Assembly (NCBI GenBank): GCA_043824495.1
Contig: JBDRSV010000015.1
Location: 1 to 64,000, forward strand
Reading direction: 5' to 3'
DNA: 64,000 bases
DNA from: Candidatus Aenigmatarchaeota archaeon
GTDB taxonomy: Archaea; Aenigmatarchaeota; Aenigmatarchaeia; QMZP01
The notes beneath the pieces are model-generated. The model did no database searches. It had not been told where the DNA came from and saw only the letters and a list, made by a program, of their open reading frames with translations. The position numbers and the translations under genes are program-made. Shown here one piece after another: positions 9,598 through 20,000 of the stretch (position 1 is the stretch's first letter; each line of letters opens with the position of its first letter).

Positions 9598-9831
9598 ATG
9601 ATAGAACAAATTGATTATATGGCATTCCCATTCGCCGATTCCATGTATCTGCCTATTGATGGATGTGCACAATATGTAGGCGATCCATTCGGTAAAGTAA
9701 TGACCGCATTAAAGGAAAGAGGTGTGTCACCACAAGAGTATCTAAAGCGCTTAGGCTCTATGTGGAAAGGCAGAGTTGAACATGTTGCAGACAATCCAGA
9801 CTCGATGCTTTATGCTAGATGTATTCTTTAG
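9598..9831 (+). CDS. Hypothetical protein, possibly the N-terminal half of a frameshifted gene
   Basis: 77-aa ORF overlapping a +1-frame ORF; ends CTT TAG. Confidence 0.5.
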   Translation: MIEQIDYMAFPFADSMYLPIDGCAQYVGDPFGKVMTALKERGVSPQEYLKRLGSMWKGRVEHVADNPDSMLYARCIL

Positions 9832-10147
9832 TAGAACAAGACCAGGTGATTTAGTGGATTTAAGAGAATATGCATTGGAAAGACTTGGTGACCGATTCGC
9901 TTCTGCGAGTTGTGGTCAAATAGTGGCAGAATATTTACACAATCAAAAACTTGTAGGTGAAAGGCTGCATGTCCATGCATACGGTGAGATATCAGATAGG
10001 TGTGCAGAAATCGAGACTACAAATCTTAATAAAAAATTAGCAGAACTAGGTATTAGTGCGGATGTTAATTTTGATTATTCTCTATGTCCAGACACCTTGG
10101 AGTGTTTAGAAAGAATAGTTCCAGAAAAGAATACTGAAAACGATTAG
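9812..10147 (+). CDS. Hypothetical protein, possibly the C-terminal half of a frameshifted gene
   Basis: Frame open from 9776; first ATG at 9812. Confidence 0.5.
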   Translation: MLDVFFSRTRPGDLVDLREYALERLGDRFASASCGQIVAEYLHNQKLVGERLHVHAYGEISDRCAEIETTNLNKKLAELGISADVNFDYSLCPDTLECLERIVPEKNTEND

Positions 10148-10554
10148 GCCTGTTTTGCTGCTGTGTTGAGTAAAGATTGTCCTTTTGGTGTGATTACTCT
10201 ACCTTTCTTTTTCTCTGTCTTTACAAAACCAGCCGCTTCTAGCTGTTGTAACCCTTTTCTTATGATAGAACCAGATGCAAGTCTCTTATGCTCAGGCTTA
10301 TGTCCATTGTTCTTTCTTCCGCCATATAGTTTTCTAAGTTTGGACAAACCGATGTTTGGATTTAAGCTTACTTTTCTCAAAAGAGCTGCTGTTCTTATGT
10401 GCCACCAATTCTCCTGTGTAGGAGGTCTTTCCTTGTGTACACCTGTTTTAACATAAACGGTCCATACAGGAGGCTTGAATTCTTCCATTCTCTGGAGATC
10501 TTCAGCTACCTTTAGGATTAGCTTCTCTGGATCTACATCTTGTACTGATGGCAT
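10144..10554 (-). CDS. rps19e: Ribosomal protein S19e
   Basis: 'PPVWTVYVKTGVHKERPP..WWHIRTAALLRK...GR.ITPKG'. Confidence 0.96.
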   Translation of the reverse strand: MPSVQDVDPEKLILKVAEDLQRMEEFKPPVWTVYVKTGVHKERPPTQENWWHIRTAALLRKVSLNPNIGLSKLRKLYGGRKNNGHKPEHKRLASGSIIRKGLQQLEAAGFVKTEKKKGRVITPKGQSLLNTAAKQA

Positions 10555-10610
10555 AATATCACTTGATTGTATTATCTATTATCAGAAGCATTTATAAGCG
10601 TTTTTCGTGT

Positions 10611-10847
10611 TTATTTTCTTCCCTGGCCTATATCAGCTGTTATCAAGGTTTTAGTTACTATATACACAGCAACTATACTCAATAGAAGAAAACCAACTAC
10701 AGCGGATATTCCCATCAGCATTGTTGGTAGATCTGTACCACATACTTCTTCAACGCATGGTGGGAATATGAGTGTATTGAATACGAATAACATGAAAAAG
10801 GCAGATATGAATACTATGATCATCGTCAATACGATCAGAATTTTCAT
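10611..10847 (-). CDS. Small two-TM membrane protein
   Basis: Two hydrophobic helices with a CxxxxC loop; co-oriented in the operon. Confidence 0.6.
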   Translation of the reverse strand: MKILIVLTMIIVFISAFFMLFVFNTLIFPPCVEEVCGTDLPTMLMGISAVVGFLLLSIVAVYIVTKTLITADIGQGRK

Positions 10848-10853
10848 ATTATA

Positions 10854-11186
10854 CTATTCCTTTCTCTTCCTTTTAAGTTCCTTTCTATAAGGGTGTCTTG
10901 ATATGAACCCACATTTTTTGCATGTGATTATAACAGCTTTTTGTACACTATTGGTTCTAATAGTACAATTATCTCCAGAAACTAGATAAGAATAGCATTT
11001 CTTGCAAAATCTCTTTTTGTAGATTGGTTGTATTCTGATATTGTACCTCATGGCTATCTTTCTTGCTAGAGCTACGTATCGATCAGCTCTTTTTGGACTT
11101 TTTCCATACTCTTTCTCAGCAAGTTCGAACAATTTAATTATTCTCTCCTTGCTTATTGGTTTAACCAAAGGGTTTTTTATTGCCAT
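10854..11186 (-). CDS. rnp4: Ribonuclease P protein component 4 (Rpp21)
   Basis: 'ERIIKLF...ARKIAMRY...FCKKC...CKKCG'. Confidence 0.93.
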   Translation of the reverse strand: MAIKNPLVKPISKERIIKLFELAEKEYGKSPKRADRYVALARKIAMRYNIRIQPIYKKRFCKKCYSYLVSGDNCTIRTNSVQKAVIITCKKCGFISRHPYRKELKRKRKE

Positions 11187-11266
11187 GGTATAATCTTAGA
11201 TTACTACTCAAATATATAGGATAGAAACGTGAAATGTTTATATTTCTAAGTAAGTAAGACTAATTT

Positions 11267-12976
11267 ATGCCAGAGACCAAAAGCGAAAAAATCCTAAAAG
11301 ATATATCGGATAAAACGTTTGAACATGAATTCTACAACAACCTACCTTCTGGCTACAAAAAAGGAAAGACCAAGTACATTGTGGTTACAGGTTCTGTGAT
11401 TTCAGGAATAGGAAAAGGAACCTTCACTGCTTGTTTAGGCAATATTCTTAAATTGCATCATGGATTTAAAGTAGCTCCAATCAAGTTTGATGGTTATTTG
11501 AATTATGATGCAGGAACTCTTAATCCATTTAGACATGGAGAAGTTTTTGTGTTAAATGATGGAACAGAGTGTGATTTAGATCTAGGTTCATACGAAAGAA
11601 TGATTAGCACAAATCTAACAAAGTCTAATTACTTGACTGCAGGAAAAATCTTCAAAGATTTGATAGATAAAGAGAGAGCAGGCAAATATTTGGGAAGAGA
11701 TGTTCAATTCATTCCACATGTGACAGGAGAGATCAAGAGTTTTGTAAGAAACCTAGCTGTTGAATCTGATGCTGACGTAGTGTTGATAGAAGTTGGTGGA
11801 ACTGTAGGTGATCTAGAAAATGGATATTTCATAGAAGCTATGAGAGAACTGGCTTACGAAGATGGAAAAGAAAACGTCTGTTTTGTGAATGTGGTTTATA
11901 TCCTAGAACCAGGATACATGGGAGAACAAAAAAGTAAAGCGGCTCAACTTGGTTTGAAATCTCTGATGAGTATGGGGATACAACCAAATATTATTGTTTG
12001 TAGGAGTGAGAATCCTATCACTACCACAATAAAAGAGAAAATAAGTGTGTATTCAAATGTCCCTGTTGATCAAATAGTCAATGCAATGGATGCTAATAAC
12101 ATTTACAAAATCCCAATAGTCCTTAAAGATATGGGAGTTGATGAAACAGTTATTCGACTTCTAAATTTGAAAAAGAAAAATAATGGGTCTGATTTTGCGA
12201 AATGGCAGAAATTTGCAGACAAGATGACAGAGAAGAATAAAGAGGTTACAATTGGTATTACAGGAAAATATACAAATGTGCATGATTCTTATATATCCAT
12301 AATCAAAGCTCTGGAACATAGTGCACCTTATGTTGGAGCTAAAGTTAAGATGAAATGGATAGAAACAACAGATGTAACTAAAGATAATGTTGCTTCCAAA
12401 CTTGATAATGTTGATGGAATAATAGTCCCCGGTGGATTTGGAACAAGGGGAGCAGAGGGTAAGATAGAATGCATAAGATATGCTCGTGAAAACAAACTTC
12501 CTTATTTCGGTTTATGTTACGGATTTCAAATGGCTTTAGTTGAATACGCAAGAAATGTTTGTAAACTTGAAGGAGCAAACTCAACTGAAATTGATGATAA
12601 AGCCAAATATCCTGTAATAGATATTCTACCAGAACAAAAAGAGATACAAAATCTTGGTGGAACCATGAGACTGGGAGGACATGACGTGGTGATTAAAAAG
12701 GGTACAAGAACTCATAAACTTCTAGGATCAGATACAGTTGTTAGAAGATTTAGACACAGATTTGAATGTAATCCAGAATATATAGAAACATTTGAAAAGA
12801 ATGGCATTGTGTTCTCAGGACGTGCAAAAGATAAGAGAATAATGCAGATTCTAGAATTGCCAGGACATCCATTTTTCTTTGGGGTTCAATTCCATCCAGA
12901 ATTCACATCAAGACCACTAGATCCAGACCCAATGTACGTTGAATTCATAAAAGTTGCAATGGAAAAATCCGCTTAA
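11267..12976 (+). CDS. pyrG: CTP synthase
   Basis: SGIGKG, HGEVFV, DLDLG, GLCYGFQ (catalytic Cys), QFHPEF. Confidence 0.98.
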   Translation: MPETKSEKILKDISDKTFEHEFYNNLPSGYKKGKTKYIVVTGSVISGIGKGTFTACLGNILKLHHGFKVAPIKFDGYLNYDAGTLNPFRHGEVFVLNDGTECDLDLGSYERMISTNLTKSNYLTAGKIFKDLIDKERAGKYLGRDVQFIPHVTGEIKSFVRNLAVESDADVVLIEVGGTVGDLENGYFIEAMRELAYEDGKENVCFVNVVYILEPGYMGEQKSKAAQLGLKSLMSMGIQPNIIVCRSENPITTTIKEKISVYSNVPVDQIVNAMDANNIYKIPIVLKDMGVDETVIRLLNLKKKNNGSDFAKWQKFADKMTEKNKEVTIGITGKYTNVHDSYISIIKALEHSAPYVGAKVKMKWIETTDVTKDNVASKLDNVDGIIVPGGFGTRGAEGKIECIRYARENKLPYFGLCYGFQMALVEYARNVCKLEGANSTEIDDKAKYPVIDILPEQKEIQNLGGTMRLGGHDVVIKKGTRTHKLLGSDTVVRRFRHRFECNPEYIETFEKNGIVFSGRAKDKRIMQILELPGHPFFFGVQFHPEFTSRPLDPDPMYVEFIKVAMEKSA

Positions 12977-13006
12977 CTTGATAAATCTCCGAACTAATTA
13001 TAAATC

Positions 13007-13642
13007 ATGGAAAAACCTGTAATATACGTGGACACACGAGAGAGATCTACTGTTCTAGGCTATTTAGAGGAAAAAGCTGAAGTGAAAAAAATAAAACTAG
13101 ATACAGGAGACTTCCTTTGTTCTGACAGAGTTGTTTGTGAAAGAAAGACCACTGCGGATTTCTTGAGTTCTATATCAGACCAAAGAATATTCAAACAATT
13201 AGAAAAATTAGTTGAATATCAAAAACCTGTTATAATACTGGAAGGTAATCAGGATGTACTCTTCTCAAATGGAATGCACCCAAACACAATACGTGGTGTG
13301 TTATCTTCCATAGCTATAGATTATTCTATACCTATTATCTGGACAAGGTCTGCAAAAGAGACAGCTGAACAAGTGTATTGGATGGCTAATAGAGAACAAT
13401 TGATAGAGAAGAGAGAGATTCAGATAAGACCAAACAGAAAGACCACTAGCCTAACACAGGAACAAGAGTTCCTAGTAGCTGGTTTACCAGGAATATCAAA
13501 CACTATGAGTAAGAGATTACTCACGCATTTCAAAACACCTAAGAAATTGTTTTCTGCTAAGATTGATGATTTGATAAAAGTGGATAAGATAGGCAAGAAA
13601 AAAGCAGAGAAGATCAAAGAAGTAATAGATTCTAAATACTAG
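13007..13642 (+). CDS. ERCC4/XPF-family nuclease with HhH domain
   Basis: VDTRE, GDF, ERKT, LPGIS HhH. Confidence 0.93.
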   Translation: MEKPVIYVDTRERSTVLGYLEEKAEVKKIKLDTGDFLCSDRVVCERKTTADFLSSISDQRIFKQLEKLVEYQKPVIILEGNQDVLFSNGMHPNTIRGVLSSIAIDYSIPIIWTRSAKETAEQVYWMANREQLIEKREIQIRPNRKTTSLTQEQEFLVAGLPGISNTMSKRLLTHFKTPKKLFSAKIDDLIKVDKIGKKKAEKIKEVIDSKY

Positions 13643-13685
13643 AGTCCAAAGAACTATTTATTAGACCGCAAGACAATTATTATAT

Positions 13686-15539
13686 ATGAAATTGTTCACA
13701 GTCATGCTTTTAGCAACTGTTTTCATGTTGCTTATACAGCCAAGCGTGCAAGCTGTAGCTACTCCTGGTTCACCTACTTTCATACCAGGAAAAGAGTTTA
13801 TAGCGCCTGGATCAGCATTCCTTTTAGCTGTTGGTCATCCTGGTCCTGGATCAGTGAGAATTGGTTGGGATATCAAATATAATCCTCTATGTAATTTCGG
13901 TAGATCAGGATCAATACCGAAAATAGGAAGTAATTGGTTATGTTACTTCTCGAATACTGATAGTTCAGCTACTTGTGGTCCTTCGCCATTCACAGGATGT
14001 GCAGAAGGACAATCATATACGATGGGATTGTCAGCTACTGATGCTTCAGGAGACTCAGCAAACACCACTAATGACATGAGTATAGGACACGTAACTCTTG
14101 ATACTCAAGTAATTCATGATAATGGTACAATTACAATAAGAACATGTGGAATAGGTGCTACATTATCAAGTGCATTCTACACAATTCATAGACAATCAGA
14201 TTTGTATCAAACAAAATCTAGTACTCCATTAAATTTCGAATCATCCACATCATGTTACACAGGAACAACTGCTCTCGATCCTGATGAGTATTATGTTGCA
14301 ATAGAAGCTGTAGGTAATCAAGGTAAAGGAGGAGATCTCAAAACACTTTCAGTTCCTGATTTAAGTGATCCAGACCCAGATCCTGGTACATGTCCTGAGC
14401 TTAGTTGTGAAGAGGATTGTCCGTGTGATACCCCAGGACCTGGTCCAACTGGGAATGCAATTTCATCTATTTTCACTCCACAATCACCTACACTTGGTGA
14501 AGGAGTTACTACATGGACTTACACAAATGGTAGAATAACAAATATAGACACAACTTCTTACACAAATTTATCAGCTGTTGTCCCTGCTGGATTCTCAATA
14601 CCAACAAACAAAATGATAATCACTCTTAGTAGAACCAATTTCGCACCAAATGAAACAATATTCTTTACAGTTAGATTGGAGAACATCCAAAGTTCAATGG
14701 ATGTAGACACACAATTTGAATTATTATCGGGTGCTACTATAATAGGGTATGTTCCTGTGGATGTCAAATTGAGCCTAATAGGAAGTGGTACTCAGACTGT
14801 TTACATCACAAGTGATACCATGGGTCTTGATCCAGAAATAATAACAGGAAATTACTTAGCTGGCGAAGAAACAGAAAAAGAAATCACAATCAAAAATAAT
14901 GGAGACTCAGTTATGACAGACTTTACAAAAACTACTACAGGAGACTTATTTGGATTCGACGTTGAATTCCCTGTGTCCATACCATCTGGTTCAACTAATA
15001 CTTTAACTGTGAAAATGAATCCAACATCACCAAAAAATTACAATGGAAAAATCATAATAAACAGTAGTGTAGGACCAGGAACAGTATACGTAAATGCAAA
15101 TTTCTATGGTGACATAACAAGCTCTGTTAATTCAAAGAGAGCAGATTATGCTGATGTACTTACGCTGATGCCGGAAGCAAAACAATTGATACTAAAAGAT
15201 GTTCTAGAAGACATAAACAGAACTCTAGATACTGCTATTACATATCATGGAAACGGAGATTATGCAGGAGCACAGAGAAAATATGATGAAGCAGTAGGAC
15301 AAATAGATGTTCTAGAAGCAACATTCGCTCAAGCTACTACACCACCTCCAGGACCTCCTCCACCAGTTATACCAGATGATGATCCAACAGGACTTATAGT
15401 AATGATTGGAGTACTAGTATTAGTAATTCTAATTGGTGTTGGTGTCTGGTTCTTCCTAAAGAAGAAGAATATGTTTAAAGGGAAGGATGGAGAGTATGAT
15501 ACCGAACTGGATGAAGAGTTTGAACCTCCTCCAAAGTAA
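13686..15539 (+). CDS. Membrane-anchored surface protein
   Basis: Signal peptide, Cys-rich N-terminal part, Pro-rich linkers, helical bundle, TM plus KKK. Confidence 0.75.
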   Translation: MKLFTVMLLATVFMLLIQPSVQAVATPGSPTFIPGKEFIAPGSAFLLAVGHPGPGSVRIGWDIKYNPLCNFGRSGSIPKIGSNWLCYFSNTDSSATCGPSPFTGCAEGQSYTMGLSATDASGDSANTTNDMSIGHVTLDTQVIHDNGTITIRTCGIGATLSSAFYTIHRQSDLYQTKSSTPLNFESSTSCYTGTTALDPDEYYVAIEAVGNQGKGGDLKTLSVPDLSDPDPDPGTCPELSCEEDCPCDTPGPGPTGNAISSIFTPQSPTLGEGVTTWTYTNGRITNIDTTSYTNLSAVVPAGFSIPTNKMIITLSRTNFAPNETIFFTVRLENIQSSMDVDTQFELLSGATIIGYVPVDVKLSLIGSGTQTVYITSDTMGLDPEIITGNYLAGEETEKEITIKNNGDSVMTDFTKTTTGDLFGFDVEFPVSIPSGSTNTLTVKMNPTSPKNYNGKIIINSSVGPGTVYVNANFYGDITSSVNSKRADYADVLTLMPEAKQLILKDVLEDINRTLDTAITYHGNGDYAGAQRKYDEAVGQIDVLEATFAQATTPPPGPPPPVIPDDDPTGLIVMIGVLVLVILIGVGVWFFLKKKNMFKGKDGEYDTELDEEFEPPPK

Positions 15540-16959
15540 GTTCTCTTCCACCTCTAGATTTCTCATATAAAATTACTAAAATAACCAGAATTATGACTAT
15601 CACAATTGGGATAATAATCCACATGTAATCAATTTGTTCTGGGTCAGGTGGTGTTGGAGGAGTGTGTCCTGGATCAATTCCTGGATCGGGTTTTGCTGAA
15701 TTAAATATATCCTGAAGATCTTGATATTCCTCTAAATCATTTCCATACTCAGAATTTTGATACTCTGATGACCAGTCATCATATTGATTGCTGATTTCAT
15801 CAAAGTCTTCGTCACTGACATAACCATCAAGTTCTTCTAATCTTCTTTGTGCATCTGTAGCCATTTCATTCACAGATAACTGGGAAAATGCCTGCTTAAC
15901 AACCTGGTTTGATGTTACTGTTATCTTGATTTCATAAGATGTTTCAGCTTGACCAGGTTTGATTACAAAAGGAATTGTTTTCTCCTCTCCAGCTTTTAGA
16001 GGGAATGTGGCATCATTGAGCGTGCTTGTTAGGCCTTCAGGTAAAAATATTCTTGTTGAGAAATTAGAATCTTCTCCATTATTATTTACTTTAATTCTGT
16101 ATAGAACAGAGTTCAAGTTCTTTACATTAAGCGTCTCAGGGAAAATAGATACAGAGAATTTTGGTTCTGTTTGTTGTTTTTCCTCTTTCTCCTCCTCAGT
16201 TGCTGTTACTATTAATGTAGCTGTTGCTGATTTACTACATAGTGTGTCACAACCTCTTACCTCGCCTTTCATAACAATTTCATATTCTCCAGGAGTTTGA
16301 GCTCTCACACTGAAATTAACTACGTGAAATGGGTTAGTAGATGAAGTAACAACAGTATTATCTGCTGGATTGATTGTTGCATCAGTTTCTGATTTCAAAT
16401 CTACTATGAATCTACCATAAGATTCTACGAGAACAGAGAGCGTTACTGTTTCTCCTGTAGTTGCAAATAATCTAGAATCTTCGAATCCAATATCAAAGAA
16501 ATCCACATTATTGTTTATTACATCAGCTACAGTCTCTCCTGATGCTTCATCCCGTTTTTCTATATCGAAATCACTTGTTCCTGATATACAAACTCCTCCA
16601 TGGAAGTCTTTTGATACGCCTAAATCAGGAGCTGAGAGTGTTATAATGAAAGGATCAGAACATTCCCCTTCCCTATGACCTGCTGAGAAGAAACAGAAAG
16701 GGAATATCACAGTATTGTTAGCATCTGTTCTGATTATGCTATCCTGAGAGAGATCAGACCATACTCTATCAGCTGTGCTTGTGATTATGTAATCAATCTT
16801 ATCTCGGCTTGTTATACCAAGATCATCAGGTATCATAGCTTCAATACATTTAGTTGTATTTGGTTGTAATGTGAAGTGCATACCATCTCTTAATTGAAGA
16901 GCTTGTACACTACTGATAATCAAGAAGAAAACCAACACGAAAGCTAATACAGTCTTCAT
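15475..16959 (-). CDS. Membrane-anchored surface protein
   Basis: Signal peptide, Ig-like segments, Pro linker, C-terminal TM. Confidence 0.75.
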   Translation of the reverse strand: MKTVLAFVLVFFLIISSVQALQLRDGMHFTLQPNTTKCIEAMIPDDLGITSRDKIDYIITSTADRVWSDLSQDSIIRTDANNTVIFPFCFFSAGHREGECSDPFIITLSAPDLGVSKDFHGGVCISGTSDFDIEKRDEASGETVADVINNNVDFFDIGFEDSRLFATTGETVTLSVLVESYGRFIVDLKSETDATINPADNTVVTSSTNPFHVVNFSVRAQTPGEYEIVMKGEVRGCDTLCSKSATATLIVTATEEEKEEKQQTEPKFSVSIFPETLNVKNLNSVLYRIKVNNNGEDSNFSTRIFLPEGLTSTLNDATFPLKAGEEKTIPFVIKPGQAETSYEIKITVTSNQVVKQAFSQLSVNEMATDAQRRLEELDGYVSDEDFDEISNQYDDWSSEYQNSEYGNDLEEYQDLQDIFNSAKPDPGIDPGHTPPTPPDPEQIDYMWIIIPIVIVIILVILVILYEKSRGGRELTLEEVQTLHPVRYHTLHPSL

Positions 16960-17007
16960 GTATATTATTTGATTTCAGAAGGTAAAAAGTTTTCGAGCCT
17001 ATACAAA

Positions 17008-20000
17008 CTAACAACGACTCTCCAATGGGTTTCCGTCTTTGTTAAGATTCTGGACATAACTAAATATAGAGTAATCAAAATCGTTTGGAATGCAGTTATA
17101 ACTAATATCAAGCGAATCAAGATTCTTAAGACTCGCTAGAATAGTAGGATCCTTAATCAGATTATAACTAATATCAAGTGTAACAAGATTCTCAAGATTT
17201 GAGAGAGGATCGGGATCATCGAACCAGCCGAGTTGTAGAGTAAGCGTCTTAAGAGTGTCCAACTTTTTAAAATCAGATACATCTACTGTACACCATTCTA
17301 AATGAATCCTTGTAGGTTTAGCTAATTTAGATAAATATGAGGTGTCCGTGTTTCTATTGGAACAAAATGCAGATAGCTCATTGACATATCCATCAGGAGA
17401 AGTATCAATATTACTAATCCCATCTGGTTTTTCGCAAATAAAATCCTCGAGAGGAGCGGTAGTAAATGAAGCAACGAAATCACTGACAGCCTTTCTCTCA
17501 AATGCAAGAATTTCTTGATCACACAAAGTTGTTATAGTGTCTTCAAAGCAGGTTCCTCCAGGAATAATGGATTCATCTTTGAAAATGCAATTTTTATCTA
17601 GAAATGCTCCAATTGCACGACACTCTTCTTTGATACAGTTTGTACCCCAATCGCTGCTACCGCAACTTGAACAGCTGTTCTTATTTTCCACGTAATAACA
17701 GAAAACATCTTCACTCAAACCACTAGTCCTCATATAACTCTGAAGAGCGCTATACTCGGAAGTGGAGAGTGTTTGTCCGCATAATTCTGTAGTATCTACA
17801 ACTTCAAATGTATATTCACCTACATTATTGTCTTCTCTAAGTTCATCTAATTTGTTCTCAGGATCAATAGTAACTATTACTTTGTAAGTTCCTGTTTTTG
17901 GAGGAGTGATATACACTGAATGGAATATTCCACTTCCCGGCACCATTTCAGTATTACCGCCACCGCAGCTAGCACCATTAAAAATGTCCAGAATAGGAAT
18001 CTCGTGTTTGAAACAGTCAAATGTGTTTGCTGGGATATTAGATTTTCCAACATTATTAAAAGCGAATGATAATATAACAGGAGTTCCTACAGTTATAGTT
18101 GTTGTCGAAGGAGACGATATATGAGCTCGCTCAAACTCTAGGTCAGGTTTTTCTGCTCCGCCACTTGAACTGGAAGAATCAGCAAATGTGAAACTACCTT
18201 GCACATTTGTTGTCAAGCCTTTAGGAGGTATAGTACTCTGTGATCCTGGGGGACCTCCTACACGAAGAGCAGCTGCGATTGGTTGAATTGTTTCTCCTGC
18301 ACACCCGGCAAGTTCAGGCATATTAATTTCTGGAACGGTCCATGTGCAACTTACTTCAGTATCTGTTGCAGAGGGGTTTACATCACAATTCATGCCGTCA
18401 ACAACATTACCTGTGTACTCTCCTCCTGTGTAACTAATCTCGCAAGTAGAACCGTATCCATCTATCTGGAAATTGTCAACATTAGAACTATCTCCTGTGA
18501 TTGTTCCTCTTAATGTGACTGTTTCTCCCTGAGAGCATCCATCCGATCCACAGTTAGGAGTTATGGAGGCTGATGTTAATTCGCAGGAATCTGAGGTTCC
18601 TCCCTGGTTTTGTGATTCACAATCCCCGCCGTCAAAATTACATGCAACATTATTACATTCGTCATCACATTCATCATCTCCTATCCAATCGGGTTCACAA
18701 CCTGGTGCACATTCTTGACCCGATCCTGTAGGATTATTTACTGTTACTGTGACACTGGTTTCTACAACAGGATTTACACCGTCATTAACTTTAATTATTA
18801 TTTGATGATCTCCGTTAGCATCTTGTGTCGTGTCCCACGTTTTACTCATACTAGACTCTGAATCTGTTCCTCCGTTAATTCTTCTACTGTCTATAAATAT
18901 TAGATATTGAACACTTGTTATGTCATCATCGCTTATGGTAAATTCAATATTTTCAGTTCCTGAAACATCGTCGCCGTCTGAGGGAGAAGTTATGCTTACA
19001 GTGGGTGGTTCATTTTGACCTGATGGTTGTTGCGTTGATCCTGTGCCCTCTTTACAACAAACAGTATCTCCAGGACATTTGTTGTTTTCTGTGTTAGCAG
19101 GATCACAACTTGACGATGAACGACAGAACCATTTATCAGAAGTACTACTGTAATCTCCTAGATGAGCTATTTCACAATCATTTCTATGCTCTGCACAGCA
19201 TACGAAATATTCATTATCATTGCGACAACCTAGATTTTCATCATTTTCATCTTTAAATCCCCCATATATAAAACAGTCTTCTGCTCCCCAACCATCGCGT
19301 GTGTCGATGCAGTTCTCAGCAGGGCATGTTCCTGATTGTGTGTTAGATGTTTGACTTGTGCCTTCTGTTATAAAAGTGAATGTGTATGAGAAATCCATTT
19401 TCTTTCCACCTACACTCTTAATATCATTATCTACTCTAACTGTGTATTCCGTGCCTTGTTCGAATTCTTCTCCAGAATCCAAGCTTAATATAAGAAGTGT
19501 ATCTTCAGAACGCCAGTCACGTGTTACAGAAACACTAGGAGAAATTGTTACACGATTTTCTGTGCTCGTATCCATAGGCACGTTGAATTCTATTAATATA
19601 TCTTTTTCGTCAAGTGAAACATCCCTTTCGTTTTTTTCAGGGGACGTGCTCACAACTCTTGGTGTTTCTCCTGTCCCTTCATCTTGACTGGATTGGGCTA
19701 AATCGCCTTCAACTACTGTAACTTCAACGGATTCTGCCCAGATCTTTTCTCCATGTACTTTACAATATAATTTAACTTCTTGTTTTCCTCCATTTCTCTT
19801 GATCTTTTCCATTTGTTGATCTGTATATTCGTATTCAAGTGTTTTTGTCGAAGATAGATCAATATCGTCTTTTGGATCAGGCCACCAATCAGCTTCATAC
19901 CATATTATTTTACACTCGCTTGCTGCTACATGTGTTTTTACAGTGGCTCTGACTTCATTGTTACCAAGTGGTTCAACATTTATTATTCTGACTTCAGTTG

